From positions 130,758,001-130,822,000 of the forward strand of contig NC_086104.1 of NCBI RefSeq assembly GCF_963921235.1: 64,000 nt of DNA, given 5' to 3'. The notes beneath the pieces were generated by a model. That model worked only from the letters and a program-made list of their open reading frames with translations. It was not told where the DNA came from and made no database searches. Positions 1 through 13,119 of the stretch are shown in pieces. The DNA is from Mobula hypostoma. Its lineage: Eukaryota. Within the stretch, counting starts at the first letter, position 1, and each line of letters opens with the position of its first letter. The translations under genes and the position numbers were made by a program.

Positions 1-329
1 CAGAAGAGATTCATGGAAATTAGTATTCGACCACTATTATTAATATTTTTATAACAACTTTAATCATCATTTAGTTTAATAGAGTGGAATTACAATTGCA
101 CATAAACATCTATTTGAGTGCCTATTTATTTTCTATATTATCTCAATGTGCACTTGTGAATGTACAAATTAATATAGATTTACTCACATAAAAAATGGAA
201 AAGGTTATATATGTAAAAAAAGTTTGTGTATTACTTGTGAATACCTTATCCAAATAAAAATAAAATTTTTAAAAAAGGGGTAAAAAGAAGGCTATTAGAC
301 AAATGCTGGCAAATGGGACTGTGCCTGAT

Positions 330-1110
330 CCGTTTTGCTCATTTTTGTGCGGGAGGAGGATTTGGGGGGTTGATGTGCCTGTTCTGTTTTTGTTCATTTT
401 TTTGTATGGGGAGGGGGGATTTTGGGGGTAGATGATCGTGCTTCCTAGTAAATGAACCTTTGAGCCTTGGAGACACTCATCAGGACTGTTCTGGGCCTGA
501 AACGTCAATTGTTTATCCCCACCCGCAGATGCTGCCTAACCTGCCAAGCTCCTCTGGCACATTGGGCGTCTTGCACTTTATTATCTGCCTGCTCTGCACC
601 TCCTTTGCTACTGTAATACTTTATTCTGCGTGTTATACCACCTCAGTACATGGATGTAATAAAGTGATCTGTACGGATGGCATGGAAAACAAAGATTTTC
701 ACTGTACCATGGTATATATATGACAATTATATCCAGTTAAATCCCATTTCTACCATGTTTGTATCTTAAATCTCTTCGTCTTTCAAACAATCACATTGTT
801 TTCTTTTTGACTTAGATTCTTTCTTCTGATAGGAGGGATTTCAGGGTCAATGTACCTGTTCTGATTTTGTTTATTTTTTTGAGCGGGAGGAGGGATTTGA
901 GGGTCATGTGCGTGTTCCATTTTTGCTTGCATTTTTTTGTGGGGAGGTGGGATTTGGGAGTTGATGTGCCTGTATCATTATTATTTGTTTTTTTGTACGG
1001 GGAGGGGGGATTTTGGGAGTTGATGATTGTGCTGCCTTTCTTTTTCCTTCTTGATTTCATGGCTGGCTGGAGAAGAAGAATTTCAAGTTGTATACTTTGA
1101 TAATAAATGA
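330..1110 (+). repeat. Imperfect G-rich tandem units of about 60 bp (330-445 and 826-1035), probably a LINE 3' UTR
   Basis: Recurrent tttttgt..gggaggggggatttgggggttgatgtgcctg; ends in tactttgataataaa. Confidence 0.55.
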
Positions 1111-1539
1111 ATCTTTAATATTTCCTCATTTCCTGCTGTACATTTGAAGTCACAAGGCCATCTGCTCTGAACTTGTTGCTCAGGGTGGCTCTAATTCTCA
1201 CTGTTGCATCATTTGGTGTCTCTGGTTACACCATTGTCACAGTGATCGGTGGGACTGTCAAGGGATCTTTGAGGCTTTTGAACTGCCATCATGTTGCAAC
1301 ATTAGTTCTTTCTCGAATCATCCAACTCAGTCTGCATGTGATTCAGGCCACTCATTATTCAGTAAGACTCAGGACCCTTGTACACATTCTGCTCTTCCTC
1401 ATCACTCACATGGCATCATGTGTCCCAGATGACTTTTAGAGCATGCCTACACTGAGCCATTTGCTTCCACTTCGCCTGTGGGTTTTCTAAAAGCACAGTC
1501 TGAGGCAATAGTGAACTCACGGTTACAGTCAAGTCAAGT

Positions 1540-2075
1540 CAAGTTTATTGTCATTTAACTATATACATGTGTTTACCATCAATGGTTTCTGCGGACCAGG
1601 GCATAAAGCACAATAGTACACATAACACACATGTAACACACAATAACTTAGGAAAGCTAGGATAACATCTACAGCTGAATGAGGCATAAATAAGCTAAGT
1701 AAAGTGCATAAATTAAATATTGCAAGGTACAGAACAGATTAACTTCTGATACAATGAGGCAGGGAGTTCAGACGCCTAATGGCCTGAAGAAAGAAACTGT
1801 TTCCCATGCTGACCATTCTTGTTTTTATGCATCAGAGTTTCCCAGCTGATGGTGGAAAGTCAAAGAGGATGCTGGATGGATGGTGGTGGGGGGGGGGCTG
1901 CGGATGGAGCCTTGATTATACTAAGGGCCCTGCATATGGAGAGCTCCTGATAAATATCCCCGCTGCATGGTAAGGAGACCCCAGTGATGCTGTCAGCCGT
2001 GCTCACAGCCCTTTGTAGGGACTTCTAGTCTCATGCTCGGCTGTTCCTACACCAGATGGAAATCCAACTTGATGA
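1540..2075 (-). mobile_element. Rex1/Babar LINE, 3' part (continues at 8334-8900)
   Basis: C-terminal coding remnant (GNSFF..AIRRLNSLP) and (cttga)n tail; reading continues into 8334-8900. Confidence 0.7.
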
Positions 2076-2307
2076 GGATCAAGGGGGGTGCTGTAGTAGT
2101 CTGGTGGACTGACCCCTACCTTGCTGAGGCCAGGCAACAACTCTCAGACACCTCCTCTTACTTACTCCCGGAACAGGATCCCATTAGGCAGCACCAGGCC
2201 CTTTTCACCCACACCTTATTAACTCTGGGGATCTCCCATCCACTGCCACCAATCTCAGAGTTCCCTTACCTCGCACCTCCTGTTTCTACCGCCTACCCAA
2301 GATCCAC

Positions 2308-2631
2308 GAATACAAAATACTCTGCAGATGCTGGGGTCAAAGCAACACTCACAACACGCTGGAGGAACTCAGCAGGTCAGACAGTCATCAACTCATCGTT
2401 TCCATGGATGACTGATGAAGGGTTCCGGCCCGAAACGTCAACTCATCGTTTCCACTGATGCACCTGGAACCTGCCAGCCTTCTCCTTCCCACCCTCCCCC
2501 CACCTTCTTTACAGGGCCTCTGCCCCTTCCCTCTTCAGTCCTGACGAAGGGTTCCAGCCCAAAACATCAACTCATCGTTTCCACAGATGCTGCCCGACCT
2601 GCTGAGTTCCTCCAGCATGTTGTGAGTGTTG
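2308..2631 (+). mobile_element. pLTR-derived non-autonomous mini-element with two tandem hammerhead cores
   Basis: Inverted termini; cores at 2412 and 2541; TSD ccaagatc(c/t)ac at 2297-2307 and 2632-2642, inside the Penelope RT. Confidence 0.75.
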
Positions 2632-2920
2632 CCAAGATCTACAAAATTGCCTGTCCAAGTAGACTCATTACTTCAGCTTGTTCCTGTCCCACTGAACTTA
2701 TATCTGCATACCTCGACTCTGTTTTATCCCCCGCAGATCAGTTCCTTCCTACCTACACCCGAGACACTTCACACACTCTGGATCTTTTCAATGATTTCAA
2801 GTTCCCTGGCCCCCGTCATCTTATTTTTACTATGGATGTCCAGTCCCTATACACCTCCATCCCCACCAGGAAGGCCTCAAAGCTCTCCATTTCCTTCTAG
2901 ATAACATACCCAACTCACAA

Positions 2921-5900
2921 ACATAGAATCATAGAAAACCCTCAGCACAATACAGGCCCTTCAGACCACAATACTGTGCCGAACATGTACTTACTTTAGA
3001 AATTACCTAGGGTTACCCACAGTCCTCTATTTTACTAAGCTCCATGTACCTATCCAGGAGTCTCTTAAAAGGCCCTATTGTATCTGCCTCCACCACTGCT
3101 GCTGGCAGCCCATTCCACGCACTCACCACTCTCTGCATAAAAAACTTACCCCTGACATCTCCTCTGTACCTACTTCTAAGCACCTTAAAACTGTGCCCTC
3201 TCATGTTAGCCATTTCAGCCCTGGGAAAAAGCCTCTGACTATTCACACGATCAATGCCTCTCATCATCTTATACACCTCTATCAGGTCACCTCTTATCCT
3301 CCATCACTCCAAGGAGAAAAGGCCAACTTCACTCAACCTATTCTCATAAGGCATGCTCTTCAATCCAGGCAACATCCTTGTAAATTTCCTCTGCACCCTT
3401 TCCATGGTTTCCACATCCTTCCTGTAGTGAGGTGACCAGAACTGAGCACAGTACTCCAAGTGGGGTCTGACCAGGGTCCTATATAGCTGTAACATTACCT
3501 CTCGTCTCTTGAACTCAATCCCATGATTGATGAAAGCCAATGCACCATATGCTTTCTTAACCACAGAGTCAACCTGCGCAGCAGCTTTGAGCGTCCTATG
3601 GACTTGGACCCAAGATCTTTCTGATCCTCCGCACTGCCAAGAGTCTTACCATCCATACTATATCCTGCCATCATATTTGACCTACCAAAATTAACCACCT
3701 CACACTTATCTGGGTTGAACTCCATCTGTCACTTCGCAGCCCAGTTTTGCATCTTATTGATGTCCCATGCAGGATATGACCCATCTACAACCACTCTTTG
3801 CCTTCTGTAGGCAAGCCAATTCTGGATCTACAAAGCAAGGTCCCCTTGGATCCCATGCCTCCTATGCCTCCTTACTTTCTCAATAAGCCTTGCATGGGGT
3901 ACTTTGTCAAATGCCTTTCTGAAATCCATATACGCTACATCTACTACTCTACCTTCATCAATGTGTTTAGTCACATCCTCAGAAAATCCAACCAGGCTTG
4001 TAAGGCATGACCTAACTTTGACAAAGCCATGCTGACTATTCCTAATCATACTATGCCTCTCCAAATCTTCATAAATCCTGCCTCTCAGGATCTTCTCCAT
4101 CAACTTACCAACCACTAAAGTAAGACTCACTGGTCTATAATTTCCTGGGCTATCTCTACTCCCTTCTTGAATAAGGGAACAACATCTGTAACCCTCCAAT
4201 CCTCTGGAACCTCTCCCGTTCCCATTGATAATGCAAAGATCTTTGCCAGAGGCTCAGCAATCTCCTCCCTCGCCTCCCACAGTAGCCCGGGGTACATCTC
4301 ATCCGGTCCCGGTGACTTATCCAACTTGATGCTTTCCAAAAGCTCCGGCACATCCTCTTCCTTAATATCTACATGCTCAAGCTTTTCAGTCGCTGTAAGT
4401 CATCACTACAATCACCAAGGTCCTTTTCCGTAGTGAATACTGAAGGAAAGTATTCATTAAGTACCCTCCGCTACCTCCTCCTGTTCCATACACACTTTTC
4501 CACTGTCACATTTGATTGGTCCTATTCTCTCATGTCTTATCCTCTTGCTCTTCACATACTTATAGAATGCCTTGGGGTTTTCCTTAATCCTGCTCACCAA
4601 GGCCTTCTCACAGCCCCTTCTGGCTCTCCTAATTTCATTCTTAAGCTCCTTCCTGCTGGCCTTATAATTTTCTAGATCTCACTCATTACCTAGTTTTTTG
4701 AACCTTTCATAAGTGTTTCTTTTCTTGACTAGATTTTTTACAGCTTTCATACACCATGGTTCCTGTACCCTACCAACTTTTCCCTGTCTCATTGGAACGT
4801 ACCTATGCAGAACGCCACGCAAATATCCCCTGAACATTTGCCACATTTCTGCCGTACATTTCCCTGAGAACATCTGCCCCCAATTTAAGCTTCCAGGTTC
4901 CTGCCTGATAGGGCCATATTTCCCCTTACTCCAATTAAATGTTTTCCTGACTTGTCTGTTCCTATCCCTCTCCAATGCTATGGTAAAGGAGATAGAATTG
5001 TGATCGCTATTTCCAAAATGCTCTCCCACTGAGAGACCTGACACCTGACCAGGTTCATTTCCCAATACCAGATCAAGTACAGCCTCTCTTCTTGTAGGCT
5101 TATCTACATATTGTGTCAGAAAACCTCCCTGAACACACTTAACAAACTCCACCCATCTAAACCCCTCACTCTAGGGAGATGCCAATAAATATTGGGGAAA
5201 TTAAAATCTCCCATCACGACAACCCTGTTATTATTGCATTGTCCCAGAATCTGTCTCCCTATCTGCTCCTCAATATCCCTGTTACTATTGGGTTATCTAT
5301 AAAAAAATCTAGTAGAGTTATTCACCCCTTCCTCTTTCTAACTTCCAACCTCAGAGACTCAAGAGACAATCCCTCCATGACTTCCTCCTTTTCTGCAGCC
5401 ATGACACTATCTCTGATCAGCAGTGCCACGCCCCCACCTCTTTTGCCTCCCTCCCTGTCTTGACCCCTTTCTGAAACATCTAAAGCCTGGCACTCTAAGT
5501 AGCCATTCCTGCCCCTGAGTCATCCAAGTCTCTGTAATGGCCACAATGTCATAACTCCAAGTATTGATCCATGCTGTAAGCTCATCCGCTTTGTTCATGA
5601 TACTCCCTGCATTAAAATAGACACATCTCAAACCATTAGTCTCTATAACCTGCCTATTCTCCCTCTCACACTGCCTACAAGCTTTCTCTATTTGTGAGCC
5701 AACCACCCCATCATCCTTCTCTTCAGTTCAGTTCCCACCTCCCAGCAATTCTAGTTTAAATTCTCCCCAATAGCCTTAGCAAACCTCCCTGCCAGGATAT
5801 TGTCCCCCTCGGATTCAAGTGCAACACATCCTTATTGTACAGGTCACACCTACACCAAAAGAGGTCCCAATGATCCAGAATTCTGAATCCCTGCCCCCTG

Positions 5901-6317
5901 CTCCAATCCCTCAGTCACACATTTATCCTCCACCTCACTCTATTCCTATACTCACTGTCGCAGTAGTCCCGAGGTTACTACCCTTGTGGTGCTGCTTCTC
6001 AGCTTCTTTCCTAACTCCCTGTAGTTTGTTTTCAAGACCTCCTGCCTTTTCCTGCCTATGTCATTGGTACCAATATGTACCACGATCTCTGGCTGTTCAA
6101 CTTCCCACTTCAGGGTATCGCGGACACGATCAGAAACATCCCGGACCCTGGCACCTGGGAGGCAAACCACCATCTGTGCTTCTTTCCTGCATTCACAGAA
6201 TCGCCTGTCTGACCCCCTAACTATAGAGGGTCCCCTGTCACTTCTGCCATCCTCTTCCTTTCCCTACTCTTCTGAGCCACAGGGCCAGACTCTGTGCCAG
6301 AGACACGGCCACTGTCG
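2921..6317 (-). mobile_element. Long CR1 LINE (ORF1 esterase-like, APE, RT), frameshifted
   Basis: CLPGARVRD/VHIGTNDIG, DIVAITETW, GNYRPVSLT, MDFRKAFDKVPH, RPHLEYCAQFWSP; ctatg tail near 2925. Confidence 0.9.
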
Positions 6318-7208
6318 TTTCCTTCCACCACTACTCTCCTCCATCTGGCAGAACCGGTCCTCAATCTCAATAATTTCTCTTTCGGCTCCTCCCATTTCCT
6401 CCAAACCAAAGGTGTAGCCATGGGTACTCACATGGGTCTCAGCTATGCCTACCTTTTTGCCAGCTACGTCGAACAGTCTATGTTCCAAGCCTACACCGGT
6501 ATATCTCCCCAACATTTCCTATGCTACATTGACGACTGAATTGGTGCTGCTTCCTGCACACACACGGAACTCGTCGACTTTATCCATTTTGCCTTTAACT
6601 TCCACCCTGCCCTCAAGTTTACCTGGTTCATTTCCGACAGCTCCCTCCTTTTCTCGGTCTCTCTGCTCTGTTTCTGGAGACAGCTTATCAACTGATATCT
6701 TTTATAAACCCACCAATTCTCACAGCTACCTGGACTAAATCTCTCCCCCACCCTGTCACTTGTAAAAATGCCATTCTCTTCTCTCAGTTCCTCTGTCTTC
6801 ATCACATCTGCTCTCAGGATGAGGATTTTCATTCCAGAACTAATGAGATGTCCTCCTTCTTCAAAGAAAGAGGCTCCCTTCCTCCACCATCAACGCTGCC
6901 CTCATGTGCAACTCTTCCATTTTGCGCACACCAGCCCTCACAATATCCTCCCACTGTCACACCAGGGATAGGGTTCCTCTTGTCCTCACCTACCACACCA
7001 CTAGCCTCTGCGTCCAGCACATAATTCTCGGTACATTCCGCCATCTCCATAGGATCCCACCACCAAGCACTTCCCTTCCCCCTGCTTTCTGTTTTCTACA
7101 GAGATCACTCCCTACGCAACTCCCTTGTCCATTCTCCCTCCTGGTACTTATCCTTGCAAGTGGAACAAGTGCCACACCTGTCCCTACACCTCCTCCCTCA
7201 CTTCTATT

Positions 7209-7670
7209 CCCTCCAATCTTCCGTCCGTGGACTCACTTTACACTGCACGCTGTCGGAGCAGTGCTGCCAGGATAATCAAGGACACAACCCACCCAGCCAA
7301 CACACTTTTCGTCCCTCTTCCCTCCAGGAGAAGGTTCAGGAGCTTGAAGACTCAGATGGCCAGATTTGGGAACAGCTTCTTTCCAACTGTGATAAGACTG
7401 CTGAACAGATCCTGACCCAGATCTGGGCCATACCCTCCAAATATCCGGACCTGCCTCTCGGTATTTTTTTGCACTACCTTACTTCCCATTTTTCTATTTT
7501 CTATTTATGATTTATAATTTAAATGTTTAATATTTACTAATTTTAACTATTTTTAATATTTATTATTTGTAATCCAGGGAGTGTGAAGCACAGAATCAAA
7601 TATCGCTGTGATGATTGTACGTTCTAGTACCAATTGTTTGGCGACAATAAAGTATAAAGTATAAAGTATT
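7209..7670 (+). mobile_element. Rex1/Babar LINE 3' fragment
   Basis: SAARIIKDTTHPANTLFVPLPSRRRFRSLK...GNSFFPTVIRLLN; (taaag)n-like tail; same subfamily as 56646-57470. Confidence 0.8.
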
Positions 7671-8333
7671 CAAGGCCCTAACAGTTCTTCCAGATGAGGT
7701 GACACTTCACCTGTTTCCAGTGCTCTCAATGTGGCTCCTGCATATCAGTGAAATGCGATGTGGACTGGGAAACCACTTTGCTGAGCTTCTACGCTCAGTC
7801 ACCAGAAAAATGGGATCTCCCGGTGGCCACCTATTTTAATTCTATTCTGGCACATCAGTCCATGGCCTCCTCTACTGCCGTGATGTGGCCACACTCAGAC
7901 TGGAAGAGCAAAACCTTATATTCTGTCTGGGTAGCCCACAACCTGATGGCATGAACATCGATTTCTGAAACTTCCAGTAATTGCCTCCCCCATCCCATCC
8001 TTCACCATTCCCATTTCTCTCTCTCACCTTATCTCCTTTCCTGCCCATCACCTCCCTCTGGTGCTCCTCCCCCTTCTCTTTCCTCTCCTATCAGATTCCT
8101 CCTTCTCCAATCAACTTCCCAGCTCTTTATTTCATCCTGCCCCCTCTCCCAGCTTCATCTAGCACCTACTACCTTGTACTTCTTCTTCCAATCCCCCCAC
8201 CTTCTTGCTCTAACTTCCCATCTTTTGTTTCCAGTCCTGATGAAGCGTCTCAGCCCGAAACGTTGACCGTTTACTCTTTTCCATAGATGCTGCCTGGCCT
8301 GCTGAGTTCCTCCAGCCTTTGGTGTGTGTTGCT

Positions 8334-8900
8334 TGGAGATGCAATTTGTCAGGATGCTCTCAATGGTGCTCCTAGAAAATTCAGTTAAGATGGGGAGAGG
8401 GGAAGACTTGCTTCCCTCAATCTCCTTAGGAAGTGGAGGTGCTGTTGTACCTTCTTGTTCAGGGAGGTGATATTAAGGGACCAGATGACATCATCCGTGA
8501 CGTGAACACCCAGGAATTTGGTGCACGAAAGTCTCACTGTGGAGGAGCCATGTATATGCAGAGAGGGATGGTTCTTCTGTATCTTCCTGAAGCTCACGAT
8601 GGTTTCTTTGGTCTTCTCCAAGTTCAGGGTCAGGTTGTTCTTCTCACACCAATCCACCAGCCGCTCCTATTCCTCTCTGCACTCGGACTCATCATTGTTG
8701 TTGATGAGGCCAACCACTGCTGTGTCATCTGCAAACTTGCACTGTTGACACTGTTTGAGCTGAATCCTGTGACACAGTCATGTGTCGGCAGTGTGAGCAC
8801 ACAGCCCTGCAGAGCGCCAGTGCTTAGCATAATGAGTCTAGAGACATTGCTGCCCACACGGACTGACTGCGGCCTTCTGTTAAAAAGTCCGGGATCTGAT
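8334..8900 (-). mobile_element. Rex1/Babar LINE RT-end fragment
   Basis: WCEKNNLTLNLEKTKE...KFLGVHVTDD...QQHLHFLRRL. Confidence 0.8.
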
Positions 8901-9661
8901 TCCAGAGACAAGTTACAGACTTTTCCTCTAAAATCTTTACTATCAAATTTGTGTACTTTCCCATTATTCTGACAATGTTACATCACGATTCAGATCACAC
9001 TCTGGACTTGTTCTGTTTGTAACAATGCCCTTCAGTCTGAGACATTTCAACCATGTGTAATTCTCTGGCCAGCCTGTTACTTTGCTTCACAGGTAATTTT
9101 TCAACTTGGCAGAGGCACTGCAAAGCCAAGTAATGGTACGGTAGCATTCATTCTCTCAGCCTCCATGAACATTTAGGTGACAGAGCAAATTGTGCTTCTA
9201 AACTGCCCTTCAAGCTTCCCTAACCAGTGGAAGGTTTGGGAGGCACAGTCTGAGTGGTTCTGGGAGCTTTTCACTAATCAGTTGTATGATCTTTCAAGCA
9301 GCTTTCAGCCAATCCAACAGTTCACTTCTCCTATAACTTGGAGACACAGGGTGGCAACACTCCTGCAATCCTGAATCAGAACCAGAATTGGGTTGACTGT
9401 CACTGACATATGTTGTGAAATGTGCTGTTTTGTGGAAGCAGTACAGTGCAAGACTTAAACATTACCATAAGTTACAAAAATAGATAAGTAGATAGTGCAA
9501 AAGAGTAATCGTGAAGTAGTGTTCATGGGTTCAGGGACCGTTCAGAAATCTGATGGCAGAGGGGAAGAAGCTGTTACTGAAACGTTAAGTGTGGGTCTTC
9601 AGGATCGTGTATCTCCCCTGTGATAGTACTAATGAGATGAGGGCAGGTCACGGGTGGTGAA

Positions 9662-9909
9662 TGTTACGTTTTGTGACTCCAATACATAAAACCAATCGAA
9701 AGAAAAACAAGGGAGACTGAGAGATGTGCATAACCTTCATTTTTACTTTTAGCAAGGCACACACTAATGACGTGATGGTGTGATGACGTATGCCATTCAT
9801 GTACTTTTACATATGACCTACAAAGCACATGTTAACAACAAAGAATGCTGACTCAAACAATATATTTACAATATTACTCAAATATAACTAAAATATTAAA
9901 TACACAACA
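9662..9909. mobile_element. Solo LTR of the Gypsy family at 21740-25370
   Basis: TG...CA ends, gtga(a/g) TSD, shared gtgtgatgacgtatg and ttactcaaatat blocks. Confidence 0.75.
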
Positions 9910-9942
9910 GTGAGGGTCCTTAATGCTGGGTGTTGCCTTTTG

Positions 9943-10254
9943 TTGGCGCGTGGCCAAGTGGTTAAGGCATTCGTCTAGTGATTTGAAGGTCGCTAGTTCG
10001 AGCCTTGGCTGAGGTAGCATGTGTGTCCTTGAGCAAGGCACTTAACCACACATTGCTCGGTGACGACACCGGTGCCGAGCTGTATGGGTCATAATGCCCT
10101 TCCCTTGGACAACATCAGTGGCCTGGAGAGGGGAGACTTGCAGCATGGGCAACTGCCGGTCTTCCATACAACCTTGCCCAGGCCTGCGGCCTGGAAACTT
10201 TCCAAGGCGCAAATCCATGGTCTCACGAGATTAACAGATGCCTATTAAAAAAAA
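9943..10254 (+). mobile_element. tRNA-derived CORE-like SINE with RTE-like 3' tail
   Basis: A box tggccaagtgg, B box gttcgagcc, CORE-like gtgtccttgagcaaggcacttaacc, poly(A); 9-bp TSD tgccttttg at 9934-9942 and 10255-10263. Confidence 0.8.
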
Positions 10255-10789
10255 TGCCTTTTGAAGACGTGGGAAGGATTGTGCCCGTGATAGAGCTGAC
10301 TGAGTCTTCCACCCTCTTTCAATCCTGCAAACTGCAGCCTCCATACCAGGCTATGATATAGCCAGAATGCTCTGCACCGTGCATCTGTCGAAATTTGTAA
10401 GAGTCTTTGCTGGCATAGAAAATCTCCTCTAACTTCTCAAACTGCTTCTTTGTTATTGTGTCAACGTGTTAGGTCCAGGATAGGCTTTCTGAGATATTAT
10501 GCCTCAATGGAAAGTGGTTGAGTCCACTTGTCTGGGACTCCACCTATCACTGTAAAGATTCACTTCCACCACCAGCCACAGAACACTGCCTGCAGTGTGT
10601 TCCTTCTAGGAAATGCTCTGCAGTCACTTACACAAGCAACATAGGAACACCATGCTCTCCAAGTTGCACACGACCCTCACTCACCGATGTATGACTATTT
10701 GTCTTTGTTGCTGGTTCCCAATACTGAAATTCCTTTGCCTACAGCACTGTGTGAATACCTTCATCAGGTTTACAGCAGTTCTAGAATGA

Positions 10790-11660
10790 GGCAACCCAAT
10801 GTATTCAAGGTCAGCGGGACAGGTAGTGTCAAGGAAGCAGGGAGTCTACAGAAGGACTTTAATAGATTAGGAGAATGGGCAAAGAAGAGGCAGATGGAAT
10901 ACAGTGTATGGTCAGGCATTTTTGTCGAAGGACTAAAAGCATAGACTACTTTCTAAACAAGCAGCAATTCAGAAATTAGAAGTGCAAAAGGACTTGGGAG
11001 TCCTAGTAAAGGTTTCTCTAAAGATTAACTTACAGGTTGAGTCAGTGTGAGGAAGGCAAATGAAACAATAACATTCAGTTTGAGAGGACTAGAATATAAA
11101 AGCAATGATGTAATTCTCAGGCTTTCTAAATCATCAGTCAGACCATGTTTGGAGTATTGTGAGCAGATTGGGACCCCTTCTCTCAGGAAGGATGTGCCGG
11201 TTTTGGAGAGGGTCCAGAGGATGTCATGAGAATGATTCCGGGATTAGCGTGTGAAGAGTGTTTGATAGCTCTAGGTCTATACTCTCTGGAGTTTAGAAGA
11301 ATGAGAGGCGATCTCATTGAAACCTATTGAATACTGAAAGGTCGAGACAGAATGGACATGCATATGATGTTTTCAATAGTGGGAGAGTCTAGAACCAGAG
11401 AACACAGCCTCATAATACAAGGGCATCCGTTTAGAACACGGATAAGGACGAATTTCTCTAGCGAGAGGGTGATGAATCTGTGGATTTCATTATTACAGAT
11501 AGCTATGAAATCTAAGACATTGCGTATATTTAAAATGATAGGTGTTTGATTAGTAAGGGCATCAAAGGTTACAGGAGGAGGCAGGAGAAAGAGGTTGAGG
11601 GGGTAATAAATCAGCCACAATGGAATGGCGGAACAGATTGATGGGATGAATGCCCCAATC
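10790..11660 (+). mobile_element. CR1 LINE 3' fragment
   Basis: RPCLEYCEQ...VLERVQR and a CR1 3' UTR. Confidence 0.8.
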
Positions 11661-11934
11661 CTGCTCTTATGTCTTATGGTCGATGGTAATCAGGGAATAG
11701 AAATAAATGCTGGCCCTTACCAAAATGCCAATACCCCAGAAAATTAATAAATAAAATATACACCGTTTGAGTAACTACTGGATCTTCACATCAGCCAAGA
11801 CACACAGTCCTTCACCTGATTGTTGGTGCCTGATTTTAATACTCACTGTGGCTCTTCAACTTGATAGGTCACTGGATCCATCCCAAAAACTCCACTCTTA
11901 ACAAGAGCATCATGGACCTCCGGATGGCCAACAG

Positions 11935-12266
11935 CAGGAGTGATTGATAAGTTTGTGGCCTTGGGTAGAAGGAGATGAGTTATACAGCTCTCATTACATG
12001 CACGTGCAGTTCAACTCTTTGAGTGAAAATGCAGAAAGTTTGAAGTTAATAACTCATCTCCTTCTACCTTAGGCCATGAACTTATCAATCACCCCTGCTG
12101 TGGGCCACTTTCTGGAGGTCCAAGACACCAACTTCTACAAAGAAGGGATCCGTATGCTCCATAGCCACTGGACTAAGTGTGTAAATGTAGGAAAAATAAA
12201 TGTGCTAGGTTTTCTGGAACTGACTCCTTCTACCGTTGGCCATGAACTTATCAATCACCCCTCGTA
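11935..12266. mobile_element. Tc1/mariner-derived MITE
   Basis: Inverted gtgattgataagtt termini ending cccctcgTA; internal FYKEGIRMLHSHWTKCV transposase tail; an extra internal TIR copy. Confidence 0.7.
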
Positions 12267-12849
12267 CTGAGCAAAACCATTTCACATTCTTTAGCGCCTT
12301 TCCATACCAGGGACAATTCTGCACCCTGTCTCACACATCCAATCAAGGACGCAGGAGAGATTTTTAAAAATTCTCAGACAGTGAATTATATTCAACAGAA
12401 AAGATGGTCCTTTCAACCAGTCTTGGGACAGGCAAGAGAGGAGATTGCTGGTCCTTTACAAAGATCTTTGCATCCTCTCTAGCAACAGACAAGAACTGGA
12501 GACAATATTGTTCTTTTGTTGATGAAGGGTAATTGGGATAATTTTAGAAGTTATATGTGGGTGAAACTCATGTCACTGTTGAAGCTTCATTTGTTGAAGC
12601 TATTAGAGAGGATTCTCAGTTCTAAGAATTCCTCGCATTTGAAAAAAATCATGAGCTTATTAGAAATAGTCAGCTTGGCTTTACGTGGGGCCAGTCACGA
12701 TTTAGAAATGTAATTGAGTGTTTTGAGAAGGTGTTGAAGACGGTTGATGAGGATAAGGCAGTGGATATTGTCTATATCAACTTTTGTAACACATTTGACA
12801 ATGTCCCCCACAGTGGGATGATCAACAACAAAGATTCCCAACATGGGAT

Positions 12850-13017
12850 CCACCTATCGCCTGTCACTTCTCTCTACCCTCCCCCTACCTTTCAAATCTG
12901 CTGCTCAGCTTTTTTTCTCCAGTCCTGCCGAAGGGTTTCGGCCCGAAACGTCGACTGTACTTTTTTTCCACAGGTGCTGCCTGGCCTGCTGAGTTCCTCC
13001 AGCATTTTGTGTGTGTT
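12850..13017 (+). mobile_element. Penelope pLTR fragment with a mutated hammerhead core (CTGCCGA)
   Basis: ccagtc-CTGCCGA-agggtttcggccc-GAAAC-GTC-gactg followed by the family tail gctgcctggcctgctgagttcctccagc. Confidence 0.75.
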
Positions 13018-13119
13018 ATTCTACCTGGAGATCTGTGACCAGTGGTGTTTCACAGAGAGCGGTGCCAGGAGCTCTGTTGACAATATGATCAGTTGTGTGG
13101 CTCTACAAAAAGCAGGGTT

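Larger units (their letters stand above)
2081..8333 (+). mobile_element. Large degenerate Penelope-like element (RT, GIY-YIG, 3' pLTR) split by three nested insertions
   Basis: RT fragments KGGAVVVW, FYRLPKI, FTMDVQSLYTSIP, GVAMGTHMG, FLCYIDD; GIY-YIG end about 7670-7980; pLTR 7980-8333 with a weakened hammerhead at 8237. Confidence 0.85.

Noticed and set aside
8433-8972. 179-aa ORF as a host gene
   Set aside because: Antisense to a Rex1 RT fragment, with no recognisable domain
8950-9400. Possible exon of a neighbouring gene in unique-looking sequence
   Set aside because: No convincing open frame with splice sites or recognisable protein on either strand; origin unresolved
9943-10020. tRNA gene
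   Set aside because: A/B boxes continue into a SINE body, poly(A) and TSD, with a second dispersed copy
12919-12957. Active ribozyme
   Set aside because: Invariant A6 is C (CTGCCGA), although the rest is intact
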